Positions 1-12,655 of a DNA stretch of 64,000 nucleotides are shown here, one piece after another; within the stretch, counting starts at the first letter, position 1; every line of letters begins with the position of its first letter. The notes under the pieces are model-generated. The model was not told the DNA's origin and did no database searches. It saw only the letters and a list, made by a program, of their open reading frames with translations. A program made the translations under genes and the position numbers. The stretch spans positions 39,962,268 through 40,026,267 of the forward strand of contig JASCQW010000043.1 in NCBI GenBank assembly GCA_030264375.1, given 5' to 3'. This stretch comes from Carcharhinus longimanus (taxonomy: Eukaryota).

Positions 1-3000
1 GACTAACATATCCCCGTAACAATTGAAAATATTTACATTATTATGCACAAATGGATCTCAAACAAGGTCCTTTTTAACATGAGTTGTTCCAGGGATTTCC
101 TGATCCTTTGGGATCATTGTAATTCACTAGCAGGTGCTTCAGTAGTAGAGGTAGTTTTGGCTTGAACCTCAATAGATTGACTCTTGACTTGCAAAGGATG
201 TGTCTGAGCAGATAACTTCCCTACTTCACCACTGGCTCTTCTTCAGGGTTGCTTATTGCTGCACTACTATCATCCAGAATAGTATCAAGGACAGGCCTAC
301 TAAGCAGACTGCCCTAATGTGTGATTCTCTCCTTCTCAGATGGTCCAGGCGTTTCCTTATCCTTTTTCCTTGGACGAGAATTTCATACGACATTGGGTCT
401 GCTCTGGCCTCGACTGTTTCAGAGAACCAAATTTGGACCAGCACTATCATTCTTTAAATATACCAAATCCAGCTCAAATGTCCTCTCTGTTTTTGTTGAA
501 TTATGATGCTTCTTGCATGTGTTCTGGTTTGCTTCTGCCTCCCCACTAACTTAGAGAATACAAGATCCAATCTTGTTCTAATAAGTCCATTAGTAATTTG
601 ATGGTTGTAATGCCTCTGATGACATGAATTGTTGTTCTAGAGATTAGGCATTAGGCTAGTTTGGTTTGTAGGGAGACTGATAACTGTTTTCTTCGTGGCA
701 GCATTGAATGTTTGGATGGCTCTCTCTGTCAGCCCATTTGAAGCAGAGTGGTAGAGTGCAATCAAATATGTTGACTGCCTTTGGTCACATGAAGTGTTGG
801 AACATTTCACCTGTGAAAGCAGTGCCAATATCGAATGCAAGCTTCTCGGCTACCGAATGGGTGGCGAATGTTTGTCATCATCTCTTGACCACTGTTGATG
901 AGATTCTAGAGTTAATTTTGTGTATGTCCAACCATTGTGTGTGAGGTGGAACATGGAGCCCATGCAAAATCAAGTGCAGTCAAACCCATGGTCAACATGG
1001 CCACTTCCATGGGTATATTTGGGCCACTGATGGTAATTTTTGGTGAATTTGACATTGGTGTTAAATTCTCAATATTGGTATCTATTCCAGGCCACCACAT
1101 GTAACTTTTCATCTTTGTCAATCCAGGTTGGGCATAATGTAATTCTTGTAACAACAGCTTTCTAGCAGAGTGGGAAGGACCACCCTTGCTCCCTATATTA
1201 ATACACCATTCTCACAACTTAACTTGTCCTTTCTTATCTGGAAGAGCTTGAATTTCGCAGACCTGCCATCATAATGCCATCCATGGAGGACCATGTGTTT
1301 GACATGAGATAATCTTTCTAAAACTTGATCTATCAGGCCGATACAGACAATGTATCGCAAAAGTGTAGGACAAGAACAATTTCTTGTGGTACAGGCAGAG
1401 GCAGTATGCTTTCAGGTATAGAAAAGCAGCTCAAAGCATCTGTACTTAAAATGTGTGTGCATAGCTTATGTTGAAAAGTATATTTGTAGACTGCTAGCAA
1501 AAGAGCCCAGGGTTGGACCTAAGCTGAAGCTACAGGAGGAATGGACTTATCCTCCTTAAATAAGCCTAATAGAAGTTTGCAGTAAGTGACAATTACAAAA
1601 TAGCATCCATAAACATAATGGCGGAACTTCATTCTGAAAGTTACAACTAATTCCTCTTTCTTAATTTGAGAATAAGCTTTTCCAGCATCAGCCAGAGTCT
1701 GTGAGGTAGAAACGATAGGCCTTTCTGCACCGTCTTCCATCTTGTGTCATAAAGCCATTCCGATTCCATATGAAGATGTGTCACAGGTAATAATGATCTC
1801 TTCTGAGGGGTCAAAATAAATTGAGAGACTGGAAGGTTGCAAGGCCAGTTTAACTGCTGAAAGGCATCTTTCCAATACCACCTTGGATTCTTCTTGAGCA
1901 GTGTGTGTGTGGGTGGGGGGTGGGGAGAGGTGGGCGAGGGTGGGTGCGCAATGCTGTGAAGAGATTTGGAATAAAGTGTCCATAGTAGTTCACCATGCCT
2001 AAAATGATTTCAATTCTGATACATTTCTGGGGCCAGTGTTTCCTTAATTGCTTTTAACTTCTCTCCTATAGGGTACAGCCCCTTTTCATCTGAACCTTAG
2101 GTGCGTGATTTAATGAGCTTGGAACGTGTATTTCTTCTCTTTTATCCAGCCTGCTTAAATCTTTTTAAAATTTCTCTAACATTTACCAAATGCTCCTCTT
2201 TAGATGCTCCTGTAATCAGTATATCATGTAAATATCTAGATAGATAACCACCTTTGGTAGGTTCTGTAATAAGCTTTCCATCATACACTGAAAATGTGAA
2301 CATGCCAATGAGACTCCAAAGGGCAGCTGAGTATACTCGTTGATTGTATATTTGTTATAATAAACAGTCTTTGTGGCTGTTGACTGTAACAAATTCTCTA
2401 GATGCCTCAATTAATTCTAATTGTTGATGCGCATGGCTCTTATCAAGTTTAGTATAAGTTAAGCCTCTTGCTAACTTGGCATGAAAATCTTTGTATTGGG
2501 TATCAATCTAATTTTGTTGCTTGATTCATGGTTAATTTGTAGTCCCCACATATTCTAATAGTTCTTTCTGGCTTAACCACTGGCACAATTGGAGCCATCC
2601 ACTCCAAACACTGTACAGGCTTAATGTTGCCTAAATCTTCCAGACTCTTGAATTCAGACTCAACCTTCTCATGCAAAGCAAGTCAAGATCCATAAAAATT
2701 AAGCATGGACTCAGGATCCACATAAATATCTGCTTTTAGGGATTGTATCTTGTTTAACTCATCTTGGATCATGTCTTGATACTTTTTAAAGACTCCCGGA
2801 AGTTCTCACTATTGTTCTTGAAGATTTCCAGCCAACATAGTTTAATTTGGTGAAGCCGAACTTACACCATCAAAATGGACCCTTGTTCCTCTATTACTAT
2901 TAGAGGCAGTTGAGCCGACTGATGTCGGTAGCTTATAGGCGTTGGTATTATTCCAAGGACAGTTAAAGTTTCTCCAGTATATGTTGCTAGCCTGAACGTC

Positions 3001-3009
3001 ATGCTGCTA

Positions 3010-3262
3010 TGGTGGCACAGTGGTTAGCACAGCTGCCTCATAGTGCCAGCAATCTGGGTTTGATTCCTGGCTTGTGACTGTGCGAAGTTTGCATGTTCTC
3101 TCCATGTCTAAGTGGGTTTCTTCTAGGTTTTCTGTTTTCCTCCCACAGTCCGAAAGATTTGCTGGTTAGGCGTAATGGCCAGAGTGTGGCGACTGGGGGA
3201 TTTTCACAGTAATTTCATTGCAGTGTTAATGTAAGTCTACTTGTGACACTAGTAAATAAAGT
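3010..3262 (+). mobile_element. tRNA-derived V-SINE (tail variant) nested in the Gypsy pol
   Basis: A-box GGTGGCACAGTGGTTAGC, B-box-like GGTTTGATTCC, V-domain TTCCTCCCACAGTCCGAAAGA, and tail ...GTGTTAATGTAAGTCTACTTGTGACACTAGTAAATAAA. Confidence 0.88.
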
Positions 3263-4052
3263 TAAACTGTAAGGTCTAAAATCCTCTTTGCAAATAATGA
3301 AATACTTGTTTTCCAATAATTGTTGCAAAGGACCAGTAACCACCTCCATTCTGAGTGGTTAACCATTTATTTCCAAAGCAACCGTAATTGGGGCTGTCTT
3401 GTCCAACTTGATGTTATTTAACTTATATACTTTGGAATCATTTTCAGGGTTATTTTCAACACTGTATTGGATTCAATTTTTGTTTGTTGTCCTCTAGTAG
3501 GCTCTGCTCATTACTATATTTACTGCTAATGTGCCTCCTCTTATTGCAGGCATAACATGTTGCTTCCCTGAATTCACATCTCCCCTGGAGTGAATGCACC
3601 ATATTTTTCAAAGCTTCTGGTCTGTGGACCAAATTCCCCATACTTCTGCACTTTATTTTTCAGCAAGCTTTTTTGCTCACTATTTCCTGCACTCCCCTCC
3701 TTGGTGTTTCAAGTACCAGTAGCTTCCCACCAAACTTGGCGATCTCACCGATTTGCATGCTCTGGGGTTCCATTGCATCCATTTTAGTGCTTTCTATGGC
3801 CTGGGTGACCACTGATGCCTTCTTCAAATTAATCTCCGCCTCTGCAAATAATTTCTTTTGTGTGATCGTATTGTTAACACTGTCGACTGGTCTGTTTCTC
3901 AATATGTCATTAAGAGCAGATTCCAACTCACACTGTTCAGTTTTTTGTCTTAGGAGCACCACGAACATTGTTATTGACTCCTCTGTGTGCTTATTGTTGA
4001 ATTAAATTTGTATCACTGCAGGGTTTTGGGTCCTTAACTAATTCAATAAGCT

Positions 4053-4270
4053 TAAGAACATAAGAACATAAGAAATAGGAGCAGGAGTAGGNNNNNNNNN
4101 NNNNNNNNNNNNNNNNNNNNNNNNNNNNNNNNNNNNNNNNNNNNNNNNNNNNNNNNNNNNNNNNNNNNNNNNNNNNNNNNNNNNNNNNNNNGCTGATCTG
4201 AAGTGGATCAGTTCCACTTTCCTGCTTTCTCCCCATAACCCTTAATTCCCCTGTCTATCAAAAACCTACC
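4053..4270 (-). mobile_element. CR1/HER1-type LINE 3' end nested in the Gypsy gag (spans a gap)
   Basis: The (TAAGAACA)n tail followed by AATAGGAGCAGGAGTAGG is the typical reverse-complement CR1 3' end. Confidence 0.8.
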
Positions 4271-4599
4271 TACTAAAGCTTCTCAAAAGTTTTGGAGTTG
4301 GGGCATCTGGAGAAGTCAGACTCCTTATCAGGCTATAGGTTGGAGCCCAGCAGGCTGTAAGTGGGATTATCTGCTGCTTCTCTTCCCCCAGTGAATTTCA
4401 TTGACCTTAAAAAATAATGCAGGCATTTGACATATTGCACACGCTATTCCGTGTTGGGGTCAAATTTGTCTAGCTTTCCAAGAGGCATTTTAACACTCAC
4501 AGGTTACTGAACAAGTTTGCTGCAAAAAGCCTTCAACGTGAGGTTTGCTATCCCGATTGCTGCAGTATGAAGGCAGTCTGATTGATTCTCACTGCCAAA

Positions 4600-4819
4600 T
4601 GTACTATCTTCAAAGATGGGTGACCATTGCGGTGTTAATGGTTTATTAGAGGAAAATAACTACTTACAGAGAGTGATATAAAAAGCTACTGTACTCCACA
4701 ATTCCAGAATTCCAACAGGGTAAAACCTGCAATCAGTCTCAGGATTCAGATGCTTTGATTGGCCAATTGGGTCACATGACCCTCTGAGGACTCACCTTTT
4801 AAAGGAGCACATGACCACA
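4600..4819 (-). repeat. Probable 5' LTR of the Gypsy element, with adjacent primer-binding site
   Basis: On the minus strand the segment reads TG...ACA, contains AATAAA (~4643) and is immediately followed by TTTGGCAGTGAG (4587-4599), a TGG-initiated PBS-like motif ~100 bp upstream of the gag ATG. The outer boundary is approximate. Confidence 0.6.
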
Positions 4820-5209
4820 GAAAGTAAGATCAGTGCAAAGTTGTAAAGCACTGAGAAAATTGCACAGTCCTCAACTCTACTAATTAAGGTGGGCATTTGT
4901 AAGGGGTAAAATTGTCCTCCAGGAGACGGATCACCTCTATGGGGGGAGTTGAATCCAGAAGGAAAAAGGCATTCTGAAAATCTCTTTGAAAGAAAATGGC
5001 CTGCGTGATCAAAAAATTAAAGACGATCTGAATGTCCAATCTAATATCTGCCCTGAACAGTGACAAGAGTAAAACTTAGCCACTTATGCCTGATCTGCTG
5101 CCATTCAATAAAATTATGGTTGATCTAATTGTAATCTCCCTATGTGTGTAATGAAATAGATAGGAAAAAGAAAAAAAAAAGTTAAAACCCTCGAGAAGCG
5201 TTAAAATTG

Positions 5210-5875
5210 CAGGGGCCAAATTTGAAAGCTCCCAAAACTGTCAAGACTAACTGCACCATTGATTGGCTGGATGCTTGAGCAAGGGACTGACACCACTTTA
5301 AGCACAAAGCACTATTATGAGGGGAAGAACATTGTGGGAATCTTTTGGGAGCTAATTCTAATAAAAAAAAAACAAGATTGGCTGAATCTGGGGGAAAGCG
5401 TGCATCAAGGTTTTCTGACATTGCACTGAAGATCTAGATGGAGGAGATGGAGTCAGCATCTTCAGAACAAGGGCTATCCACTGACCACATGGCTAATGAC
5501 TCTGGTGCACTAGAGTGCACAGCATGCATACAATAAAATGTAGTTTGAGTTTTACTGCAGCAGTCAGACTTCTGGTGGAAGTGACTGATGCTTCAAAGAA
5601 AGCTGAGACATCAGCCACCAGACATTAGATCATGATTAAATCCATGAGTGTGTTGATGGAGTTATTTCCATGCTGGGAAGAAATGTGCTCCAAGCTGTAT
5701 GAAAGCCCTGTGCCAAGTTTTGTGCAGGATTCAGCCATGCTCCCTGAAACTGACTGCAAGATTTCTGGCAGGGTTCCCAATGCAAAAGACAGTGCAAGCC
5801 CATAAATGTCAATTCCAGGAGGAAAGGACCTAGTTCCAGAGCTGCAAGAAGTTTAATGACCTCACTTGACCACTC
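5210..5875 (+). mobile_element. PIF/Harbinger relic: Myb/SANT-like DNA-binding gene fragment
   Basis: RASRFSDIAL at ~5398-5430 and a degenerate 'RT..QC.KKFNDL' helix at ~5825-5865. A TIR-like AGGGGCCAAATTT lies at ~5210. The element probably continues at ~7270-8300, interrupted by younger insertions. Confidence 0.6.
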
Positions 5876-6537
5876 AATGAATGTGCAAATACATCTTTAA
5901 ATCCCATATCTTACTATTAGCTTGAGCAACTGATCAATTCACCACAGCCAGCAATTCACCACAAGCAATCTCCATCAATTCAAAATATCTAAATGCATTT
6001 GCTTTACCTCACTCCCATAATACAAGCACATTTGCAAGACTTACAACCCCATCTCACAGCTTGTATGCACTGCCAGCTATTCAATCTTGACTGCCACATC
6101 AGTCAAAGAGATTGTACAACACTGTTTGACACATATCTCCAACTAGCAGAACAGGTTAATGCAAAACTGAAGACAACAAAATCCACCTGGTATGCCTCCT
6201 GACCTCATGGAAAAGATAATACTGGCCATTATTGGGGCACCCATTCCAAAGTACGGAATCCTCCATCTCATATCCCACCTCCCCTCATTCCTTCTCTTCT
6301 GATTTACAAGCCGCAAATGTTAAAAGCATGCAGCTCTCATTTTGCATCCCTCCCCATATTGCAACCTTACATGGATGCCTTTCCCTTTTGGATGTCCAAA
6401 AAATGCAACCCAACCCAGCAATGGAAGAAAACAGGAGACATTAATAATAAAGACACATCATCGACACTTGACTTCACACTCACAGTCACCTGTTCAAATA
6501 CTGACACTATGCGTAATTAAAAGGATATCATAGAACC

Positions 6538-7270
6538 TTACAGTAAATGGCAGAAACTTTAGAAGCATTAACATACAGAGGGATCTAGCGGTACAGATCT
6601 ACAGTTCCCTGAAAGTGGCAACACAAGTGGATAAGGTGATCAAGAAGGCATATGGTATACTTGCCTTCATCGGTCAGGACATAATGTATAAAAATTGGCA
6701 AGTCGTGCTGCAATTGTATAGAATTTTGGCTAGGCCACATTGGGAATATTGCATACAATTCTGGTTACCAGGAGGATGTGGAAGCTTTGTAGAAAAGATT
6801 TATCAGGATGTTGTCTGGTTTGGAGGGTATTAGTTATGTGGAGAAATTGGATAAACTTGGTTTGTTTTCACTTGAATGTTAGAGGCTAAGGGGCGACCTG
6901 ATAGAAGTTTACAAAACTATTACAGGCATGAATAGAATGGATAGTCAGAATCTATTTTCAAGGGTAGAAATGTCAATTACTAGGGTACGTAGGTTTAAGA
7001 TAAAAGAGGGAAAATTTAAAGAAGATGTGAGAGGCAAGATTTTTACACAGAGGGTGGTAAGTACCTAGAATGTGCTGCGAGAGGAGATGGTAGAAGTAGA
7101 TAAAATAGCAATGTTTAAGAGGCATCTTGATATGCATGAATGGACAGGGAATAGAGGGATATGGATTGCATAGAAGCACAAGGTCTTTAGTTTAGAAAGG
7201 CATCATGTGTCAGTGCAGTATTGGTGGGCTGAGGGGCCTGTTCCTGTGCTGTATTGTTCTTTGTTCTATG
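6538..7270 (+). mobile_element. 5'-truncated CR1/HER1 LINE (ORF2 C-terminus and 3' UTR)
   Basis: ATQVDKVIKKAYGILAFI..LYRILARPHWEYCIQFW. The 3' end reads GGGCTGAGGGGCCTGTTCCTGTGCTG, followed by a (TTGTTCT)n tail. Confidence 0.93.
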
Positions 7271-7820
7271 GTTCTATTAGTTCTGCTGCAGAGAACTTGA
7301 TGAAAACTTCAGTGTGACAGCTTCCAAAGGAAAGCTGATGAAAGTGCACACAACTTTTGATGTACTGGGAACCCTGCTGGGAAGCCTGCAGTCAATGTCA
7401 AAGAGAATGGAAGAGTCCAGCACCAAGTTGGCACAATTTATCCAGTGTGGAAATAGTAGCCAATTCCATCCACACACCTATGGACCCAAACCTGATGCAA
7501 TGACTGATGGCTGATGTCTCAGCTTTCTTTGCAATGTAAGCCACTTCAACCCAAAGTCTAAGTACTACAATAGAAGATCAAACTAGCTTTCACTGAATGC
7601 ATGCTGTGTTCGTGTACATGGGTTGTATGCCAGTGTCATTAGCCATGAGGCCAGCAAATAGTCCTTGTTACCCAGATTCCAGCTTTTGGTGGGTCAAATG
7701 CATCTGGCACAGNNNNNNNNNNNNNNNNNNNNNNNNNNNNNNNNNNNNNNNNNNNNNNNNNNNNNNNNNNNNNNNNNNNNNNNNNNNNNNNNNNNNNNNN
7801 NNNNNNNNNNNNNNNNNNNN

Positions 7821-7964
7821 GCCAGAGCTCTCCATTCACCTGACGAAGGGTCTAACCCGAAAGCTTGTGAGAATATTATCAAATAAATAGGTTGGACAAA
7901 AACCTGGTGTTGTCAGACTTTTTACTGTGTTTACGCCAGTCCAACGCCGGCATACCCACATCAT
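7821..7964 (+). mobile_element. 3' end of a Penelope-like retroelement (rest lies in an assembly gap)
   Basis: A hammerhead core is followed by AATAAA and ...GTTGGAC..AACCTGGTGTTGT..CCAGTCCAACGCCGGCAT.CCACATC, which I recall as a terminus of shark Penelope-like repeats. It is flanked by a 77-bp direct repeat. Confidence 0.7.
7834..7874 (+). ncRNA. Minimal type I hammerhead ribozyme
   Basis: Stem I TCAC (7836-39) pairs with GTGA (7867-70). The core CTGACGA is at 7840-46, then A, then stem II GGG-TCTAA-CCC (7848-58) and GAAA (7859-62). Stem III is the palindrome AAGCTT, with a CUU cleavage triplet ending at 7866. Confidence 0.72.
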
Positions 7965-8916
7965 TAGCCATGAGGCCAGCAAATAGTCCTTGTTACCTAG
8001 ATTCCAGCTTTTGGTGGGTCAAATGCATCTGGCACAGTAGCACAGAATGAAGGCACTATGACTGCTGCCAGGATACCAGGCATTAGCCTGCTTGATTCCC
8101 TGCTATGGTCACACATCAGCTGGAAATTAAGGGAGTGAAATACCTTTTGGGTGTGGGATAGAGCAGAGGGAACATGTGGCACCCGCAATATAATGTGTCA
8201 GCAGCTCTCTGCACCTAGGGGAAGCCTGCATTCTGAGCAGAGCTGCATGCTCAGTCAGCCTGCTTCATTCTAGCAAGTGAGAATAAAATGTAATTAGTTC
8301 TCCTTCTCCCTTTTCTGGTCGCTTGTCCTGCTGCACATGCTCTCTGTTCATTCTTCAAGTCAAATTATATTCCAAGGGGATATTGGTACACCAACATTTG
8401 GGAGCATCTGCTTGTGCAGAAGCCTGGATGTCAGCAAACATTTCTGGAGTACTTGTTTTGCCACTTCTTATTATCTTTGGTAACTTTAAATTAACATCAA
8501 AAACACAAAACACATGTAGAATCAAAGAAACAGCCAGGAAAAATCAACCAGTAAAGTAACCTGAAAGTTGTTGTTGTGTATCTATAGCTCTTTTATAACA
8601 TCTAAAGAAAGCTAATTACAGTAATTCTGGTTCTCTTTTGAGTTCTCAATCCCAGTGAATACATATATGGTACACAAAACAAAAACATGTCAGATGTTGG
8701 TTAAATGACTGGCCGGAGAACTCAAAAAGTATTCTGCATAGATCATTCTTCTCACTGGAAGGAAAGGCAACCCTGCCAAGAAAATTATTTATTTTGAGTG
8801 CTGCCAACTCAGAAAGGCCCAAACAAACCTTAATTTGACTTCATTTTGCCAGGACAAGACTCCACCTGTGAAGGCTAGAATAGAGGGGAAGATGAATAAG
8901 ATCATACAAGAGTCCA

Positions 8917-9430
8917 GGGGCAGAACTCTCCCACAAAACAATCAAGTGTTGTAATGGTGAGAATAACAGAGCGATCTATGCTGGTCTCTCAGGCACGCTC
9001 AGCACCACAATCCTCACACACTCTGTCACTTTTTTTGGAGAGTTGAAGTTTTGTGTCAGCATGGAAGGATAGGGGATACCTAAGCACACCAGTGAGCCCA
9101 GCTTCAGAGCACTCGGATACTATTTCGCAAGGACACTGCCCAACTGTCACTGTTGGAATGTCTGGTGGTTACTCCTTGGCTGTCTAGTCGGCACTGCAGG
9201 GGCACCGGTAGGCACTGCCAGGTAATCCAGTGGGCATCGACAAGTGGAAACTTAGGTGCCAGGCACAAAATTGACTTTTAGGCAGCACGCTATTTTCTGG
9301 GATTGGCGCAATTTGTGCCAGGTGCAGCGAGGCTGGAGAATTGCTTCCTGCCAGTCTACAAAATCAGGTAAGCCTACATAGTACTCCAGCCAGAGGTTGC
9401 AAAGAGGTTTTCCAGCTGGAAAATTCAAAA
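8917..9430. mobile_element. Non-autonomous TIR element (GGGCAGAA... family), decayed
   Basis: Starts GGGGCAGAACTCTCCC, has a GC-rich GGCAC/TGCCC-repeat interior and ends near GGAAAATTC. Confidence 0.45.
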
Positions 9431-10129
9431 TGGACATTGAGGAGAAGCATCACTTGACAGAGGATCATGAGGACAATGCTATCCAAGAATAGACTGCTGA
9501 TGTAACATCAGAGCACCATGGAAATTATGAGTATGATAGCAGAGTTCCTGCTGCAGGGGTACAGTTATCATGTGTTGTTAGAGAATTGAATAGTTGTTGC
9601 TCTGATTGTTACTGATGTATGCTTACAATAATAAAGAAAGCTTAGATGGTGTTTCTGGATTTGGCCCACTGGCCACTAACTATTCACAATAACTCAGTTC
9701 TGACTTCTGGTTGTTGCTGGATTTGCTTAGTAAAACCTGGAAGGCTGTCTATATCATAAAGTTAAGATCTGCATGGGTCTCCCCGACATCCAAATACTTA
9801 GTGCCGTCCCTTAGCCTGTGGTGAATTGTTGGATTTTGACCTATGGATGTGCCAAGTAGAGATACAAAAATGCAGTCAATAAAGGCATTCCAGCCCTGGT
9901 GGAGGGACAGATCCTGCCTGGTATTAAACCTGAGAACTGTAAACTGCTTGAAATCCAAACTGGCAAACATTGGTGTTAACTCAGCATTGCATACAAATTG
10001 TTTTCATGATCTGTCTGCTTTGCATACTTTGGCTGCCGTTCACTGTACATGTTAATGCCCTCACTAAACAATATGGCATCTGGTGGGACTCACTGCAAAA
10101 TTGCACACATGTGCTGTGAAAACCATGAG

Positions 10130-10880
10130 CAGGATTTGGATTGCTCACCTCCACTCTCATCTATATCTGGGAGTGAAATCCAGCTTCAATTTGGACACCA
10201 GAGACTGAATTTTAATCCCCTGCCATGCCAAAACATAGCAGGTGCTAAATATAGAACCACCAGATTGAGCGTCATTTTCCCCATCTCCATCCTGCTTTTG
10301 GGTTATTTACATGAAGGCAGGATTTTCCAGTTGGCCTCCTGATTTCTGGAGGCAGTGGGGGGAGCCAGTGACAGATTGGGGTGTGTGGTGGGGGGAGGTG
10401 GGGGTGAGGGAGAAGGGGGAGGTGTGGTCAGCACTCAGGATTGGCTTAGAAACCTTCCCTGCTTATCTAGGTGAAATCTCAGTTGCTGGCTGCCCTGTAT
10501 AGATGTTTCCCTACCACTACCAACACCTCCTCTCCTGCCCCCAATCCCGAACAGTGGTGGTCCAGATACAAAGGCCATTTTTAATTTAAAATTTGAATAA
10601 ATTGGAGACAGGGACACACTTCCATTTTGAAGATCCCTTTCCCTCTTTTACCAGCCATGACATCTTGCATGCTTTCAAGGCCTCTGATAGATGTTCCAGC
10701 TTTGTGCCTGCCCACCATTCTTAATTGGTCAACAGGCCTGTATTCTGACCATTAATTGGTCATTCTGGTGAAAATCTCATTGTGTGACTGTTTCCCACAG
10801 AAAGCAGGCTATTGTATCGACCCACCCAATTTGAACCTGACAGTGGTGTTCAGGAAACTGCAGGGAAACTTTTGACCCAG
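10130..10880. mobile_element. Non-autonomous TIR element(s), decayed
   Basis: GGCAGGATTTTCC at ~10317 and GGGAAACTTTTGACCC at ~10863-78, around a G-rich/C-rich quasi-palindromic interior. Confidence 0.4.
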
Positions 10881-11659
10881 ATGACACCTGTACTGATCAG
10901 AATTTCATGTAGGTGGTGTTTTCAGTATTTACTGTTTTTTTATTCTAGAAATAAAAGGCTTCTGTGTTCTCTGTAAATGTGTATGGATGTGTGAAAAGTT
11001 GCTGCTGGCTACATGATCCTTAAATTCAACGATAACTGCCACTGTGTTATGTTTTTGGCTTTGTATTGATTTGGGATAATTCACAAGAGTTATTGATTAA
11101 ATTATGGATGTGGTTTTCAGCATATTTTCACTGCAGTTAGTAATGCAACTTAGGTGAATAGCCCCTACAATTTAGAATTACCAGAAAAAAAAACTTCTCA
11201 TTTTCAGAATTCATAACCTATTACAGCAATCAACATTTTTAAGGGGCATGAGAGTGTGAATGATGATTGAATATTCAATGTTTAAATACAAGATGTTGCT
11301 TTGTTTTCAATTTAAGATTGTATCCCCTGAGGAATGGGAAAGTTAAGGAAAAAAATGGTAAAATTAATTTTATACATTTTAAACTACAAATGTGTAGTGT
11401 GGATTCACTTTGAATGAAATATTTGTGTTAAATATAAAAAAAGTTTCAAAGAGTAAAACAGCTTTTGCAACTGTTATTGTGTGAGTAACTTTACTCCAGC
11501 CTCCGTACTTCCACAAGCAAGAAAATAGTAACTTCTGATTGCCACATTTCATTGCTACTTGCTGTACTATAATCTTTAAAGAAGTTGGTCTCACACCTTT
11601 AGAGTTTCAATCTGCCTTTAAGTCCAACTATCAAGCTTTTTTCTAAATCAGAACTGCCA

Positions 11660-12290
11660 TATCATAAGACGTGGGAGCAGAAGCAGGCCATTCAGTCCAT
11701 TGAGTCTGCTCTGTCATTCAATGAGATCATGACAGATCTGATATCAACTCCCGTCTTATCCCCATAATCCTTATTCCCTTAAAAATCTGTCTATCTCAGC
11801 CTTGAACATACTTAATGACCCAGCCTCTACAATCCCCTGTGCTGAAGAATTTCACAAATTCACTACTGTCTGAGAGAGCTCACCTCTGTCTTAAAGGGTG
11901 ATCCATTACTCTGAGATTATCATCAGAATTTTATTGGAACACCTGCCCCGGAATCGAGACAAGTGAATCTTACAGAATGGCATTCTCTGTTGACTGTGGA
12001 TGGGATCTTACGAGCCTCAGGCAGGCGAAGCGGTAAAATTCCGGTCTCTGTCTCTGGACCTAGGCTGTCTCATAAGGGGAAACAACTTCTCAGTGTCTAC
12101 CCAATCAAGTCCTTTGAGAATCCCATATATCTCAATGAGGTTGCATCTCATTCTTCTAAACTCCAGTGAGTACAGGACCAACCTACTCAACCTGTCCTCA
12201 TAAGGAAGTTCCTCTAACCTGGGATCAACCTAGTGAACCTTATCTTTCCTTTGATAAGGAGACCAAAACTGTTCCAGTATTCCAGGTAAT
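11660..12290 (-). mobile_element. CR1 LINE 3' fragment, interrupted by a short TIR element (~11923-12045)
   Basis: CATAAGACGTGGGAGCAGAAGCAGGCCATTCAG.. is the reverse-complement 3' end, followed by ORF2 C-terminal sequence. The insert is bounded by CAGAATTTTA and TAAAATTCCGG. Confidence 0.85.
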
Positions 12291-12349
12291 TTGATTTTAG
12301 GTCCTAAAACAGAGAAAGACCTCCTGTTGGGTGAGTTGCTTAATGTTTA

Positions 12350-12655
12350 CAAAGAACAAAGAACAAAGAACAACACAGCACAGGAAACAGGCCCTTCAGC
12401 CCTACAAACCCGCGCCACCCATTTNNNNNNNNNNNNNNNNNNNNNNNNNNNNNNNNNNNNNNNNNNNNNNNNNNNNNNNNNNNNNNNNNNNNNNNNNNNN
12501 NNNNNNNNNNNNNNNNNNNNNNNNTGTGTGAAAAACCTCCCTCTAACATCTGAATTATACCTCGCCCCTCTCACCTTAAGCCCGTGACCCCTCGTGATTT
12601 TTGCATCCAACCTGGGAAAAAGCTTCCCACTGTTTACTCTATCTATACCCTTCAT
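12350..12655 (-). mobile_element. CR1/HER1 LINE 3' fragment (spans a gap)
   Basis: (AAAGAAC)n tail and translation MKGIDRVNSGKLFP..TRGHGLKVRG..DVRGRFFT. Confidence 0.9.

Larger units (their letters stand above)
200..4598 (-). mobile_element. Decayed Ty3/Gypsy LTR retrotransposon internal region (K02A2.6/Mag-like gag-pol)
   Basis: Minus-strand domain order is PR-RT-RH-IN. Gag starts MPLGKLDKFDP (ATG at 4488), with gag LRQKTEQCELESALNDILRNR..QKKLFAE (3660-3968) and zinc knuckle CYACNKRRH (3456-3641). A protease-like LEING*PLRMEVVTG lies at ~3330-3380. RT is LPFGVS..FQCMME..VVIYLD (2216-2410). RNase H is ITCDTSSYGIG and ERPI..SQTL..YSQI (1519-1983). Integrase is LQELH..PG..KMKSYMWWPGID and YHSASNGLTERAIQTF (637-1154). 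There are many stops and frameshifts. Confidence 0.93.
7636..8037 (+). repeat. 77-bp direct repeat (7636-7712 and 7961-8037)
   Basis: The two copies are identical except for one C/T difference (GTTACCCAG vs GTTACCTAG). The first copy runs into the N gap. Confidence 0.9.
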
